A stretch of DNA of 64,000 nucleotides from Bdellovibrionales bacterium (GTDB lineage Bacteria > Bdellovibrionota > Bdellovibrionia > Bdellovibrionales > UBA1609): contig CBDHDF010000002.1 in assembly GCA_965261545.1 (NCBI GenBank), forward strand, positions 800,001 to 864,000. The letters run 5' to 3'. Under the pieces are notes generated by a model, which saw only the letters and a list, made by a program, of their open reading frames with translations, was not told where the DNA came from and did not search any database. The translations under genes were made by a program, and so were the position numbers. This document shows, in pieces, positions 1 through 9,706 of this stretch. Within the stretch, counting starts at the first letter, position 1, and each line of letters opens with the position of its first letter.

Positions 1-2
1 TA

Positions 3-806
3 GGAGCTTGGACATGGGGTGGCGGTTGGTTAGCCCAAATGGGTTTTCAGGACTTTGCTGGCTCGACTATTGTCCATTCTGTGGGTGGATGGGTGGCTCT
101 TGTAGGAGTGCTCTTTGTGGGGCCACGCATGGGAAGATACAATGAAAACGGGCTCCCCATGCCTATCTGCCCTTCCAACATTCCCCTAGCCACCTTGGGA
201 ACTTTTATTCTTTGGCTGGGTTGGCTCGGCTTTAACGGTGGCTCCGTTTTGAGTTTCAGCAGTGCTTCAGATGCTGCCTATATTGGCCTCGTTTTATTCA
301 ATACAAATATAGCTGCCGCTGCAGGCGTTGTCGCCGCCGTCCTCGTAAGCCTTTTTATCTATAGAAAGGCGCAAATGCTTTTGATTTTGAATGGGGCCAT
401 TTCGGGTTTGGTGGCGATCACTGCGGGGCCAGATATAGAAAACCCCCTCTTGGCAATGGTGGTTGGAGCTATTGGAGGTGTTTTGGCAACTCTTACGACA
501 CCCATGCTCGAAAAGTTTAAAATCGATGATGTGGTGGGAGCCATACCTGCCCACCTTGTTGCAGGTATTTGGGGAACTTTGGCTGTTGGTATCTTTACAG
601 AAGCTTCTTTTGTGACACAACTTATTGGTGTCGTGGCTATTGGCGTTTTTGTTGTGAGCACATCCACGGTGACCTGTTTTATTCTGCTTAAACTTGTGGG
701 TCTTCGAGTGTCTGAAAGCAGTGAATTTTTGGGCTTAGATATCACGGAGCTTGGCATAGAAGCCTACCCAGAGTTTCTTAGCCTAGAGGGCCTCAAGGAT
801 GTGTGA
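3..806 (+). CDS. amt: Ammonium transporter (Amt family), 5' end outside the window
   Basis: Frame is open from the window edge (GAWTWGGGWLAQMGFQDFAGSTIVH). Amt motifs DFAG..VH, WLGWLGFNGGS, GLVAITA and KIDDVVGAIPAH are present. Confidence 0.95.
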   Translation, partial: GAWTWGGGWLAQMGFQDFAGSTIVHSVGGWVALVGVLFVGPRMGRYNENGLPMPICPSNIPLATLGTFILWLGWLGFNGGSVLSFSSASDAAYIGLVLFNTNIAAAAGVVAAVLVSLFIYRKAQMLLILNGAISGLVAITAGPDIENPLLAMVVGAIGGVLATLTTPMLEKFKIDDVVGAIPAHLVAGIWGTLAVGIFTEASFVTQLIGVVAIGVFVVSTSTVTCFILLKLVGLRVSESSEFLGLDITELGIEAYPEFLSLEGLKDV

Positions 807-951
807 TAGCCTAGATAGCTAGCGACTGCTAGGGTAGAGGTGGTATCTACTAGAGTTAGAGGTCATTTAAGCATATAAACATATAGTTAATATACAAAAT
901 AAGGAACTAAACCCATATAACAAAATCCATATGAATATGAGGGAGGAGACA

Positions 952-2046
952 ATGAAAGGTAATGGTCGTTCAATGAATGGTGGTCTTCCACGTCTGGCTA
1001 CAGCAGAGTATTTATGGCTTGATGGGGCATTTCCCACATCAGATTTACGTAGTAAATCCAGAGTTTTGCCTATAGAAGACTGTAGCAGTTTAGAGGATTT
1101 TCCCGAGTGGGGCTTTGATGGTTCCTCCACCTGGCAAGCCTTTGGCTCTCATTCAGACTGTATACTCAAGCCTGTTTATTACTGCATGAACCCTTTAAGA
1201 ACCACCCCTGGAAATCACTATTTAGTCATGTGTGAGGTCTATGAGTCTGACCGTGATCCCCACTCTACAAACTCTCGTAGCAAGCTTCGTGGATTGATGG
1301 ACAAGGCTTCCAAAACCAATCCTTGGATTGGTTTTGAGCAAGAATACACTCTTTTTGAGCACACACGCCCTTTGGGGTGGCCCAATAAAGGTGGTTTCCC
1401 CGGGCCCCAAGGTCCTTTTTATTGTGGGGTGGGAGCCAATCATGTCTTTGGTCGTCAAATTGTTGAAGCACACCTTGATGTATGCCAACAGGCAGGTCTT
1501 GCTATTTATGGAGTCAATGCAGAAGTTATGCCTGGGCAATGGGAGTTCCAAGTGGGTTATCGTGGTGTCGACGGCGAAGCCTGTGATCCTTTGACGATGT
1601 CAGACCAGCTTTGGGTGGCTCGTTACTTGCTAAATATGGTGGCAGAAAAACACTCCGTCATTGTTTCTTTGAGCAATAAACCCATGCCAGGTGACTGGAA
1701 TGGTGCAGGTATGCACACTAATTTTTCCACATCTCAAACCCGTGACAAAAACAAAGGGCTAGAGTGCATCCATGATGCCGTGGGACACTTAAGCAAGAGA
1801 CATGGGGAACACATTAAGGACTATGGTGCAGGCTTGTCAGAGCGCCTTACAGGGCTCCATGAAACTTGCCATATAGGACAATTTAAATCAGGCGTGTCAG
1901 ATCGTGGGGCTTCCATTCGAATTCCCTTGAATACCTCGGAGCAAGGTTTTGGCTACTTTGAGGATCGCCGCCCTGGGGCCAATGCAGATCCTTATAAAGT
2001 TTCCTCTCGTCTGGTTGAAACAGTTTGTTTGTCGTCATCTTTGTAG
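952..2046 (+). CDS. glnII: Glutamine synthetase type II (GSII)
   Basis: AEYLWLDG..LRSK, PEWGFDGSST, GFEQEY, NAEVMPGQWEFQVG, GDWNGAGMHTNFST, RLTGLHET, YFEDRRP; ~365 aa fits GSII. ATG 952 follows GAGGAG; the exact start is uncertain. Confidence 0.92.
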   Translation: MKGNGRSMNGGLPRLATAEYLWLDGAFPTSDLRSKSRVLPIEDCSSLEDFPEWGFDGSSTWQAFGSHSDCILKPVYYCMNPLRTTPGNHYLVMCEVYESDRDPHSTNSRSKLRGLMDKASKTNPWIGFEQEYTLFEHTRPLGWPNKGGFPGPQGPFYCGVGANHVFGRQIVEAHLDVCQQAGLAIYGVNAEVMPGQWEFQVGYRGVDGEACDPLTMSDQLWVARYLLNMVAEKHSVIVSLSNKPMPGDWNGAGMHTNFSTSQTRDKNKGLECIHDAVGHLSKRHGEHIKDYGAGLSERLTGLHETCHIGQFKSGVSDRGASIRIPLNTSEQGFGYFEDRRPGANADPYKVSSRLVETVCLSSSL

Positions 2047-2118
2047 TATTGGTATCATTTGTTTATATTGTATATCCACTATGTTATTGGTTCATGATAT
2101 TATAAGGAGTGACAGGAA

Positions 2119-2478
2119 ATGAAAAGTGGTAATGTAGGAATACAGATCAAGCAAGAAATTGAAGGAGTTGTTATTTGTTCCATAGAGGGGCACTTGGAAG
2201 CATCTATGGTGAATGCTGTGAATGAAAGACTCCATGATATATTAAATGGAGATTGTAGTAATGTGGTTTTCGATTTAAAAAACTTGGATTACATTGCAAG
2301 CTCAGGGCTTCGGCTCTTTTTGTACACGGCTAAGAAGCTCAAAGCTAAAAATGGTCAATTACTTCTTGCATCCGTCCAAAAGAGTGTTCAGAGAAACGTT
2401 GATATCTCCGGATTATCTGAGTTGCTGCCATCCTATGAAGATACAGATACCGCCATCAAAGCCTTTCGACCAAACTAA
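2119..2478 (+). CDS. STAS-domain protein (anti-sigma factor antagonist-like)
   Basis: IEGHLEA..VVFDLKNLDYIASSGLR..ISGL pattern; RBS AAGGAG upstream. Confidence 0.9.
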   Translation: MKSGNVGIQIKQEIEGVVICSIEGHLEASMVNAVNERLHDILNGDCSNVVFDLKNLDYIASSGLRLFLYTAKKLKAKNGQLLLASVQKSVQRNVDISGLSELLPSYEDTDTAIKAFRPN

Positions 2479-2539
2479 TACCAATGATTATAACCATTTT
2501 TACTGGAGTGCCCTGAAACTTATCATTAGAATTGCTAAA

Positions 2540-3823
2540 TCATTCTTCAAAGCCTCCGTCTTTAATGGCCCAACCTCCATATATTAAGTTGTGTCGTGCG
2601 ACTCCAACGGTGGTGTCATTATATTTTAATGCGCCCACATCAATATTTTTTCTTTGGATATTGGTGCCTGTTGTGCGTATATTTTCATGGAGTTGTATTA
2701 AGAATTTTGAGTAATTCTCAACGGATAGGTCGGATGATTGAAATAAACGATTGAAAGAAGTCACGCTCGTAAAATTCCAACGACTTGTATCTGGATTAGC
2801 CCGATAGGCATTTTGAAATATCTCATTCATATTGGTGACCTTAGAAGTATTCCAATTGCTTGTATCTGGAGTTGCTTCAAAGGCACTTTTAAACATAGAA
2901 GTCATATTGGCCACATTGGAAGTATCCCAACCGGTTGTATCTGGGGTCGCAAGAGATGCATAGGAAAACATGTATGACATATCGATGACATCTGATGTAT
3001 TTCCTCCAAAAACTTTTGTCAGAAAAGAGTTATTTTCAAAAGCCCTAGATAGATCTTTCCATCCCACATGTCCGAGATTGACAACTTCGAGTAGAAGACT
3101 ATTAAAGGGTGAAGAGCTATTTTGGAATCCCTCACAAGAACCCATAATTGTTATTGTATATGTTCCACCGTTTTCATAGGTATGTACCTTATCAATATCA
3201 TCAAAAGAGGTCACTTTTTTTATACCACTATTATCTCCCCAGTCCACAGTAAAATCATATTTTAATTGAGATATACTACTTTTTTTAAGAGGAAGAGTGA
3301 ATTCATAATCATCACTTGGAATGTTCCATTTTGTTATAAAGTGATTAGCCTCATGATTAACATTGATATTTTGTGTATCGCTATCGTGCATAATCATAAT
3401 TGTGATAGTATCCGATGTGACATGATTTATGTCGAAGCTTCCTTTAAAGACATTGGATTTGCAAGGAACTTCAGTAGTGATTTGAGGTTCTTCAATGGCT
3501 ATCAATACATTTTTTACCACAGATGAATCACATTTCCCTATAATATTGTATTTTTTTGAATCGGATATGGGAGTATTTTCCAATGATCTATTAATACTTA
3601 GAGACTCAGTAGAAGTGTTTTCAGAAGGGTTATTCACGGCATTGTTAGAATCTTTTTTGCAACCCGTAAATGCCATCAAGGATAAGATGAGTAGAAGTTT
3701 TGATATTAAAAAATATTTTCTAAGTTTTTTCTTAGAAATTTTTTTCATATATATTTTTTTATATATGAAATGATTGAAATGAGTGGAAATATCAAGCCTA
3801 TTTTTAAAGAATTCTTTTTTCAT
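2540..3823 (-). CDS. DUF285/BspA-type repeat surface lipoprotein with PKD-like domain
   Basis: Lipobox FTGC; FITKW..VDWGD..HTY..GTYTITI; 25-aa repeats WDTSNVANMTSMF. AT-rich; paralog of 54012-55940. Confidence 0.85.
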   Translation of the reverse strand: MKKEFFKNRLDISTHFNHFIYKKIYMKKISKKKLRKYFLISKLLLILSLMAFTGCKKDSNNAVNNPSENTSTESLSINRSLENTPISDSKKYNIIGKCDSSVVKNVLIAIEEPQITTEVPCKSNVFKGSFDINHVTSDTITIMIMHDSDTQNINVNHEANHFITKWNIPSDDYEFTLPLKKSSISQLKYDFTVDWGDNSGIKKVTSFDDIDKVHTYENGGTYTITIMGSCEGFQNSSSPFNSLLLEVVNLGHVGWKDLSRAFENNSFLTKVFGGNTSDVIDMSYMFSYASLATPDTTGWDTSNVANMTSMFKSAFEATPDTSNWNTSKVTNMNEIFQNAYRANPDTSRWNFTSVTSFNRLFQSSDLSVENYSKFLIQLHENIRTTGTNIQRKNIDVGALKYNDTTVGVARHNLIYGGWAIKDGGFEE

Positions 3824-3991
3824 AACCGCTTGTCCTTTTTTATATTTTTATTCTCATATTTTATCTGTATCGTAACAAGATTAATCTTCTCATTTAAAGA
3901 TAATAAATATAAGAAGTACTAAAACAATCGGTCGAATATATTCAAAACATGATAATTTTCTACTGTTGCGAAATAGGTCGAAAGTGTCTAT

Positions 3992-4024
3992 TGAAATGAC
4001 AGTGAAATGACAGTGAAATGACAG
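3992..4024. repeat. Tandem repeat TGAAATGACAG x3
   Basis: Three exact 11-nt copies between the DUF285 gene and gpmA. Confidence 0.9.
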
Positions 4025-4034
4025 GAACTCTAGT

Positions 4035-4724
4035 TTATAAAATGTATTTGCTTGAAATAGATGTAAGATTCGCTTTGAGTTCGTAGACAATAGGGGTTCC
4101 TGTGGGGATATTCAATTTGGAGATTTCTTCGTCTGAAATATTATCCAGATGTTTGATGAGTGCTCGCAAGCTATTGCCGTGAGCCACCATAAGAATCCTT
4201 TTCCCAGACCTTATATCAAGAGCTATTTTCTCATTCCATAGGGTAAGAACCCTTTCTTGAGTTTGTAAAAGAGACTCTGCGCAGGGAGTTTGGTCTTGGT
4301 CTATCTCCCTATACCTTAGATCGTGGGATGGGTGACTGTCATCGCTCGTGGAGAGCGCTGGTGGGAGGGTGGAGTAGCTTCGTCGCCAATGAAAAACTTT
4401 TGCTGCTCCATACTTTTCAGCCATTTCTTTTTTGTAACAACCCTGTAGCGCTCCGTAATGTTTTTCGTTGAGTCGCCAGGACTTGTGCACAGGGATCCAC
4501 ATTTGATCGAGTGTTTCAAGGATGATCCACAGGGAGTGAATGGCTCTTTTAAGAACAGATGTGTAGGCCATATCAAACTGAAAGCCCATTTGGGCCAGGG
4601 CCTTTCCTGCGGCTTGTGCTTCTTGGCGCCCCTGTTCTGTGAGGCCAATATCTTGCCAACCTGTAAAACGGTCTTCTAAATTCCATTGACTTTGCCCATG
4701 GCGCATGAGTACAAACTTATACAT
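4035..4724 (-). CDS. gpmA: 2,3-bisphosphoglycerate-dependent phosphoglycerate mutase
   Basis: LMRHGQSQWN..RFTGW, WRLNEKHYGALQG, WRRSY, AHGNSLRAL, LNIPTG. Confidence 0.96.
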   Translation of the reverse strand: MYKFVLMRHGQSQWNLEDRFTGWQDIGLTEQGRQEAQAAGKALAQMGFQFDMAYTSVLKRAIHSLWIILETLDQMWIPVHKSWRLNEKHYGALQGCYKKEMAEKYGAAKVFHWRRSYSTLPPALSTSDDSHPSHDLRYREIDQDQTPCAESLLQTQERVLTLWNEKIALDIRSGKRILMVAHGNSLRALIKHLDNISDEEISKLNIPTGTPIVYELKANLTSISSKYIL

Positions 4725-4797
4725 AGAGGCGATACTACCACAGGGAGGGTTGTTTGTGAATCATGTTAAAGTTCTGGTGAATAAACTATTTCATAAA

Positions 4798-5358
4798 ATG
4801 AGTAAAAAGTTTTTTCTGATTTTTTCACTATTGGCCCTTGCGGTGGTTTCAAGGTGGGCACCCCATACCTTTAACTTCACCCCTGTTTTGGCCATAGCCC
4901 TTTTTAGTGGAATGTACATTTCCAATAAAACTTGGGCCTTTGCTATTCCAGCCGTGGCTTTAATAGTTAGTGATAGCTTACTAGGATTCTACAGCGGTTC
5001 TCTCATGCTTTCAATTTATGGAAGTTATGCCCTCATCGTCTCCTTAGGTATATTGTCTAAGGGGTCCTTTAAACCCCTTAGACTCTTGGGAACTTCTATG
5101 GGTTCAGCTCTTATTTTCTTCTTGGTCACCAACTTTGCCGTGTGGTTTTTGGCAGAAACAGCCCTAGGGGGAATTGTTTATGAAAGATCTTGGTCGGGAC
5201 TTTGGAAGTGCTATCTTATGGCCCTGCCTTTTTTCAGAGCCACTCTCGTTTCCACGGTATTGATGAGTTTTGCCCTTGTGGGAGCCTATGAATGGGTGAT
5301 TCAACGGGGGGACCGTTACCACTTTGACAAAAGCTCTGCGTCCTCTGGCCCCTCTTAA
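4798..5358 (+). CDS. DUF6580-like small multi-pass membrane protein (putative transporter)
   Basis: SRWAPH.FNFTPV.AIALF.G, FFLVTNFAVW, CY.MALPFFR.T. Start placed at ATG 4798 to avoid overlap with gpmA. Confidence 0.7.
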   Translation: MSKKFFLIFSLLALAVVSRWAPHTFNFTPVLAIALFSGMYISNKTWAFAIPAVALIVSDSLLGFYSGSLMLSIYGSYALIVSLGILSKGSFKPLRLLGTSMGSALIFFLVTNFAVWFLAETALGGIVYERSWSGLWKCYLMALPFFRATLVSTVLMSFALVGAYEWVIQRGDRYHFDKSSASSGPS

Positions 5359-5396
5359 GCACAAACATGTTCAATTTAAGCACAAGCATGTTCAAT
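5355..5396. repeat. 21-nt tandem duplication
   Basis: TTAAGCACAA(A/G)CATGTTCAAT x2. Confidence 0.9.
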
Positions 5397-5432
5397 TTTT
5401 AACCATTTTAAAGTCATATAAAGTGTTAAGCG

Positions 5433-6293
5433 ATGATAAAGCTAGATGGTCAAGTTGTCTCCTCTCTTCACCGGTCTCGGCTGAAGGAAAAAATAAGAGA
5501 AAAAACCTCAACCCATGGAAGTTCAAGCTCGTTGGGTTTAGCCGTGGTTCTTGTGGGAGAGGACCCAGCCAGTCAGATCTATGTTCGTCACAAGGTCAAA
5601 GCTTGTGAAGAGGTGGGTATTCATTCCCATATCTATCAATGGCCAAGAGATATTTCTGAAGAGGAGTGCCGCCATAAAATCCTACAAATCAACCAAGATC
5701 CTAAGATTTCTGGTTTATTGGTTCAACTTCCACTGCCACCGACCTTGAGGGAGGATCAAGTTCTTTCCTGGATCGACCCCTTAAAGGATGTGGATGGTCT
5801 TTGTGTTGAAAATGTTGGTTTGATGTGGTCAGGCCGACCTCGTGTTCTTCCCTGCACTCCCCATGGGGTGATGAAAATCCTTGAGCACTACAAAATAGAT
5901 GTGGCTAGAAAAAATGCTGTGGTGATAGGGCGGAGTCAAATTGTTGGTCAGCCCATGGCTTGCTTACTGCAAAGAGCCAACGCCACGGTGACGGTTTGTC
6001 ATTCCCATACTCCACAACTCATGGATTACACTCGCAAAGCGGAACTTTTAGTGGTGGCTGCCGGTCAGCCAAGTCTCATAGGAGCTGAGCATATTCAAAA
6101 GGGAGCTGTGGTGGTCGATGTGGGTATTCATCGCCAAGGGAAAACTTTGTGTGGAGATGTCCGCTATGAAGAAATTGGGGAAATGGCCCATGCGGCGACT
6201 CCCGTCCCAGGGGGAGTGGGACCCATGACAGTCACCATGCTCTTAGAAAATACCTATCGGCTGGCCTCTATTTTTTCTACTTCCTCTACTTAA
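5433..6293 (+). CDS. folD: Methylenetetrahydrofolate dehydrogenase/cyclohydrolase
   Basis: LAVVLVGEDPAS.IYV..K, LVQLPLP, KDVDG, PCTP.G, GRS.IVG, TPVPGGVGPMT. Confidence 0.96.
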   Translation: MIKLDGQVVSSLHRSRLKEKIREKTSTHGSSSSLGLAVVLVGEDPASQIYVRHKVKACEEVGIHSHIYQWPRDISEEECRHKILQINQDPKISGLLVQLPLPPTLREDQVLSWIDPLKDVDGLCVENVGLMWSGRPRVLPCTPHGVMKILEHYKIDVARKNAVVIGRSQIVGQPMACLLQRANATVTVCHSHTPQLMDYTRKAELLVVAAGQPSLIGAEHIQKGAVVVDVGIHRQGKTLCGDVRYEEIGEMAHAATPVPGGVGPMTVTMLLENTYRLASIFSTSST

Positions 6294-6346
6294 AAGAGGC
6301 TCCGAGTCATATTTCCATGGGAACATGGGGAGAAATCCTTTTTTCT

Positions 6347-6374
6347 TTGACATTTCTCTAATGTCAGCTAAGAC
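6347..6374 (+). promoter_or_regulatory. Candidate sigma70 promoter with overlapping dyad
   Basis: TTGACA-N16-TAAGAC; perfect inverted repeat TGACATT-N5-AATGTCA at 6348-6366. Confidence 0.5.
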
Positions 6375-6439
6375 ATTTTCATTGAAGTAGAAAGAATGAA
6401 AAGAGAAGTCATCATAGGAAGAAAATTAGGAGTAAGCAA

Positions 6440-8464
6440 ATGGATATGATTGGAGTGATTGCCCCTGGAGCAGGTGCCATTGGACTCATTTTTTCTATTC
6501 TTATGTATCTAAGTTTGAAGAAAAAACCAGCAGGCACAGAGAAGATGATCGCCATTAGTGATGAAATTCACATTGGTGCCATGACTTTTCTCAAAGCTGA
6601 GTATAAGCAACTCGTTATTTTTGTGTTGGTTGTAGGGGTTTTATTGGCCTACGGCCTAGGAGTTCAAACTGCTTTGGCTTTTGTTTTTGGTTCCTTTTGC
6701 TCGGGGCTGGCTGGCTTTATTGGGATGAAAGCTGCGACCAAGGGCAATGTGAGAACAGCGGCTGCGGCCAAGGACCACGGAGTAAGTGCAGCGCTCTTGG
6801 TGGCTTTTAACGGGGGTGCTGTGATGGGACTCTCTGTGGCAGCCCTAGGGCTTATTGGTTTGGGAGTTCTCTATATGATTTTTGGCAGTCGTCCCGACCT
6901 CGTTTCTGTGGTTTCAGGTTTTTCCATGGGAGCTTCCTCCATTGCTCTTTTTGCCAGAATTGGTGGAGGTATATTCACTAAAGCCGCCGATGTGGGTTCC
7001 GATCTTGTTGGTAAAGTGGAGGCAGGAATCCCAGAGGATGATCCCCGCAATCCAGGAGTCATCGCCGACAATGTGGGAGACAACGTAGGAGATGTCGCTG
7101 GGATGGGAGCTGATATTTTTGAATCCTATGTGGGGGCTATGGTGGCCTCTATCACCATAGCAGCCACCATGAGTGCGACCACATTGTCTCAGATTTTTGG
7201 AAGTGAGGCCACCACAGAGATGCTTATGGGGCTTCCTCTAGGGCTTTCAGTGCTAGGTCTTGGAGCCTCATGTATTGGTATTTTGGGCATGAATGTGTTT
7301 AAAAATATGAATCCGGCCAAAGCTCTTATGGGCTCAGAGGTTTTAGCAGGGCTTGTTTTTCTTGTTGGCACCTATATAGGTCTTATGTTCTTGGGCCTAG
7401 GGCTCAACATTTTTTTGGCTATTCTCTCAGGAGCTTTGGCGGGATTTCTCATTGGTAAGGTGACGGAATATTACACGTCTTCCAAGCCTGTTTTTAAGAT
7501 CGCTGAAGCCTCTAAAACGGGTCCGGCCACAAATATTATTGCAGGCATTGCTGTTGGGCTTGAATCCTGTGCTGGGCCTCTTTTTCTCATTGCTAGTGCC
7601 ATTTTTGTGGCTCACCACTTTGCCGGTCTTTACGGTATTGCCATGTCCGCTGTGGGTATGCTTGCCACAGTGGGTGTGACAATGACCATTGATGCCTATG
7701 GACCCGTGGCCGATAACGCTGGAGGTATTTCTGAGATGTCTGGCCTGGGACCTGAGGTGAGAAAGATCACAGACGGTTTGGATGCCATTGGGAACACAAC
7801 AGCTGCCATAGGTAAGGGCTTTGCCATTGGTTCTGCAGCTCTGACAGCTCTCGCTCTTTTTGTGGCCTTCGATCAGAAGCTGGCTGCCACAGGTGCCAAT
7901 ATAGATATGAGTATCACCCAGCCCACTGTGGTCATTGGCCTTTTGCTTGGTGCCATGGTGGTTCTGATTGCCGCTGCCATGACCATGACATCTGTGGGAA
8001 AGGCTGCCAGTGAGATGGTCAGTGAGATTCGTCGTCAATTCAGGGAGATACCAGGTCTTCTTCAAGGAAAAGGAAAGCCCGACACCGCTCGTTGTGTGGA
8101 AATTTCCACCCAGGCGGCTCTCAAAGAAATGCTCATGCCCGTTATTATTGCGATTCTAGCCCCCGTGCTGGTAGGTTTTATTCTTGGACCCAGTGCCCTT
8201 GGTGGAATGCTTGCAGGCTCTCTCTTAACAGGTGTTGTTTTGGCTCTTTTGATGTCCAATGCAGGGGGAGCCTGGGACAACGCCAAGAAGTTTATTGAAA
8301 CAGGAGCCGTGGAAGGAGAAAAGAAAGGAACGGATGCTCACTCAGCGGCCGTGACTGGAGATACCGTGGGTGATCCCTTCAAAGACACCACTGGGCCATC
8401 GATGAACATTCTTGTAAAACTCATTTCTATTGTAGCCTTGATTATTGCCCCACTGATTGTTTAG
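6440..8464 (+). CDS. hppA: Membrane ion-translocating pyrophosphatase, K+-dependent type (probably Na+-PPase)
   Basis: [67 protein letters not shown] (Ala rather than Lys) indicates K+ dependence. Confidence 0.95.
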   Translation: MDMIGVIAPGAGAIGLIFSILMYLSLKKKPAGTEKMIAISDEIHIGAMTFLKAEYKQLVIFVLVVGVLLAYGLGVQTALAFVFGSFCSGLAGFIGMKAATKGNVRTAAAAKDHGVSAALLVAFNGGAVMGLSVAALGLIGLGVLYMIFGSRPDLVSVVSGFSMGASSIALFARIGGGIFTKAADVGSDLVGKVEAGIPEDDPRNPGVIADNVGDNVGDVAGMGADIFESYVGAMVASITIAATMSATTLSQIFGSEATTEMLMGLPLGLSVLGLGASCIGILGMNVFKNMNPAKALMGSEVLAGLVFLVGTYIGLMFLGLGLNIFLAILSGALAGFLIGKVTEYYTSSKPVFKIAEASKTGPATNIIAGIAVGLESCAGPLFLIASAIFVAHHFAGLYGIAMSAVGMLATVGVTMTIDAYGPVADNAGGISEMSGLGPEVRKITDGLDAIGNTTAAIGKGFAIGSAALTALALFVAFDQKLAATGANIDMSITQPTVVIGLLLGAMVVLIAAAMTMTSVGKAASEMVSEIRRQFREIPGLLQGKGKPDTARCVEISTQAALKEMLMPVIIAILAPVLVGFILGPSALGGMLAGSLLTGVVLALLMSNAGGAWDNAKKFIETGAVEGEKKGTDAHSAAVTGDTVGDPFKDTTGPSMNILVKLISIVALIIAPLIV

Positions 8465-8662
8465 TTGGTGAGTTTTTTAACCAGCCTTCCAACCTTTTTT
8501 TATTATTTTAATAGACTTTATGAAAATACTAAAGTATGAGTGGTTTTCAACTTTTAAGGTGACTTATAAGAGTTACAAAGTTAAGAATTTAATTTAAAAA
8601 AGTTTAAAAAAAGTCAATTTTAAACTTAAATTCAAAGCCAATGATGGCAAAGAGGGGTAAAA

Positions 8663-9706
8663 ATGATAAAACACAACAATAGCGTCTTAGGTTTTTTAAA
8701 ATGTTCTTTCATTTCTTTAACTTCTTTTTGTGTCTTAGCAATAATTATCCAAGTCATAAATTTTGCAGCTATTCCTTCCCAAGCTACTTATAGTGAAATT
8801 AAGGGAGACAATATTTATACAATCAGTCCCATCACGGATGAGTGGACCGATCCAGAATTTACCTCTTTTCTTATTGAATCCTCTGTGTACACTTTGGCGA
8901 CCCAAGTGAAAGAAATGAATGAGGCTGGACTTATCCCAAAACAGTTTCTATCTACGGATGATCTGGATCAATTCACTTTGGTCAAAGAAGAAATCAAAAA
9001 ATCCATAAAGCATTTGAGTGAGATGATTTCCAATGAGAGTACACCAAGCTATCTCAAAAGTTTTGGTTCATGGAGTCCCAAGGCGATCATGGTGTTCTTG
9101 AGTGAAATAGCCAGTTTCAATTTGAAAGTTGGAGTGGATGGAATGGGAGTGATTGGCATAGTCATTATGCCTGTCACAGTTGTTCGCACCAATATACGAA
9201 CGGGTGAGGTCAGTAAGCCCTACTTTGATGTGAGAACTCATTTTGCCACAGCAGTGGCCGGAGGTCTTGGCGCAGGATTAGGTGGCGGTATTCGCACGGG
9301 CCTAGGAGCTATGGTCATTCTTGGTGGCCCTCATTTCACAAGACCTGAGCAGTTTTGGGGAACCGGAGTGGGCCTCTCTCAATCTGCAAGCTTGCTGGGA
9401 GTGGGTGTTGACTTCCGACAGGGTATTTTGTTCAACTCAGAACTTCCGGATGCGGTGGATTTTCTCTACTTTACTGCCTCTTGGCAAATGGGGGTGGTTG
9501 CCACAATGGAAAGTCACGTAAATGGGATTGTCGTTTCCCCCATCGAGTCCCTCTTAAAACTCATTGGAAACACGAGTACGGACAAATCAGAGGAAGCTTC
9601 CTATAGAGAATACCTTTTGAAAATCGAGGAAAAACTTAAGTATAAAACGCGAGATGTCCTAGAAAGCCATTCCAATGAACCGCCTATTTCTGGCCCTGGC
9701 CAGTAA
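8663..9706 (+). CDS. Hypothetical exported/membrane protein with Gly-rich segment
   Basis: 347-aa ORF with RBS GAGGGG, hydrophobic N-terminus and AGGLGAGLGGG segment; no family recognised. Confidence 0.7.
   Translation: MIKHNNSVLGFLKCSFISLTSFCVLAIIIQVINFAAIPSQATYSEIKGDNIYTISPITDEWTDPEFTSFLIESSVYTLATQVKEMNEAGLIPKQFLSTDDLDQFTLVKEEIKKSIKHLSEMISNESTPSYLKSFGSWSPKAIMVFLSEIASFNLKVGVDGMGVIGIVIMPVTVVRTNIRTGEVSKPYFDVRTHFATAVAGGLGAGLGGGIRTGLGAMVILGGPHFTRPEQFWGTGVGLSQSASLLGVGVDFRQGILFNSELPDAVDFLYFTASWQMGVVATMESHVNGIVVSPIESLLKLIGNTSTDKSEEASYREYLLKIEEKLKYKTRDVLESHSNEPPISGPGQ

Noticed and set aside
2478..2540. Direct repeat flanking the first DUF285 gene (ATTTTTACTG versus ATTTTCTACTG near 3955)
   Set aside because: Short, imperfect and in AT-rich DNA; not distinguishable from chance.
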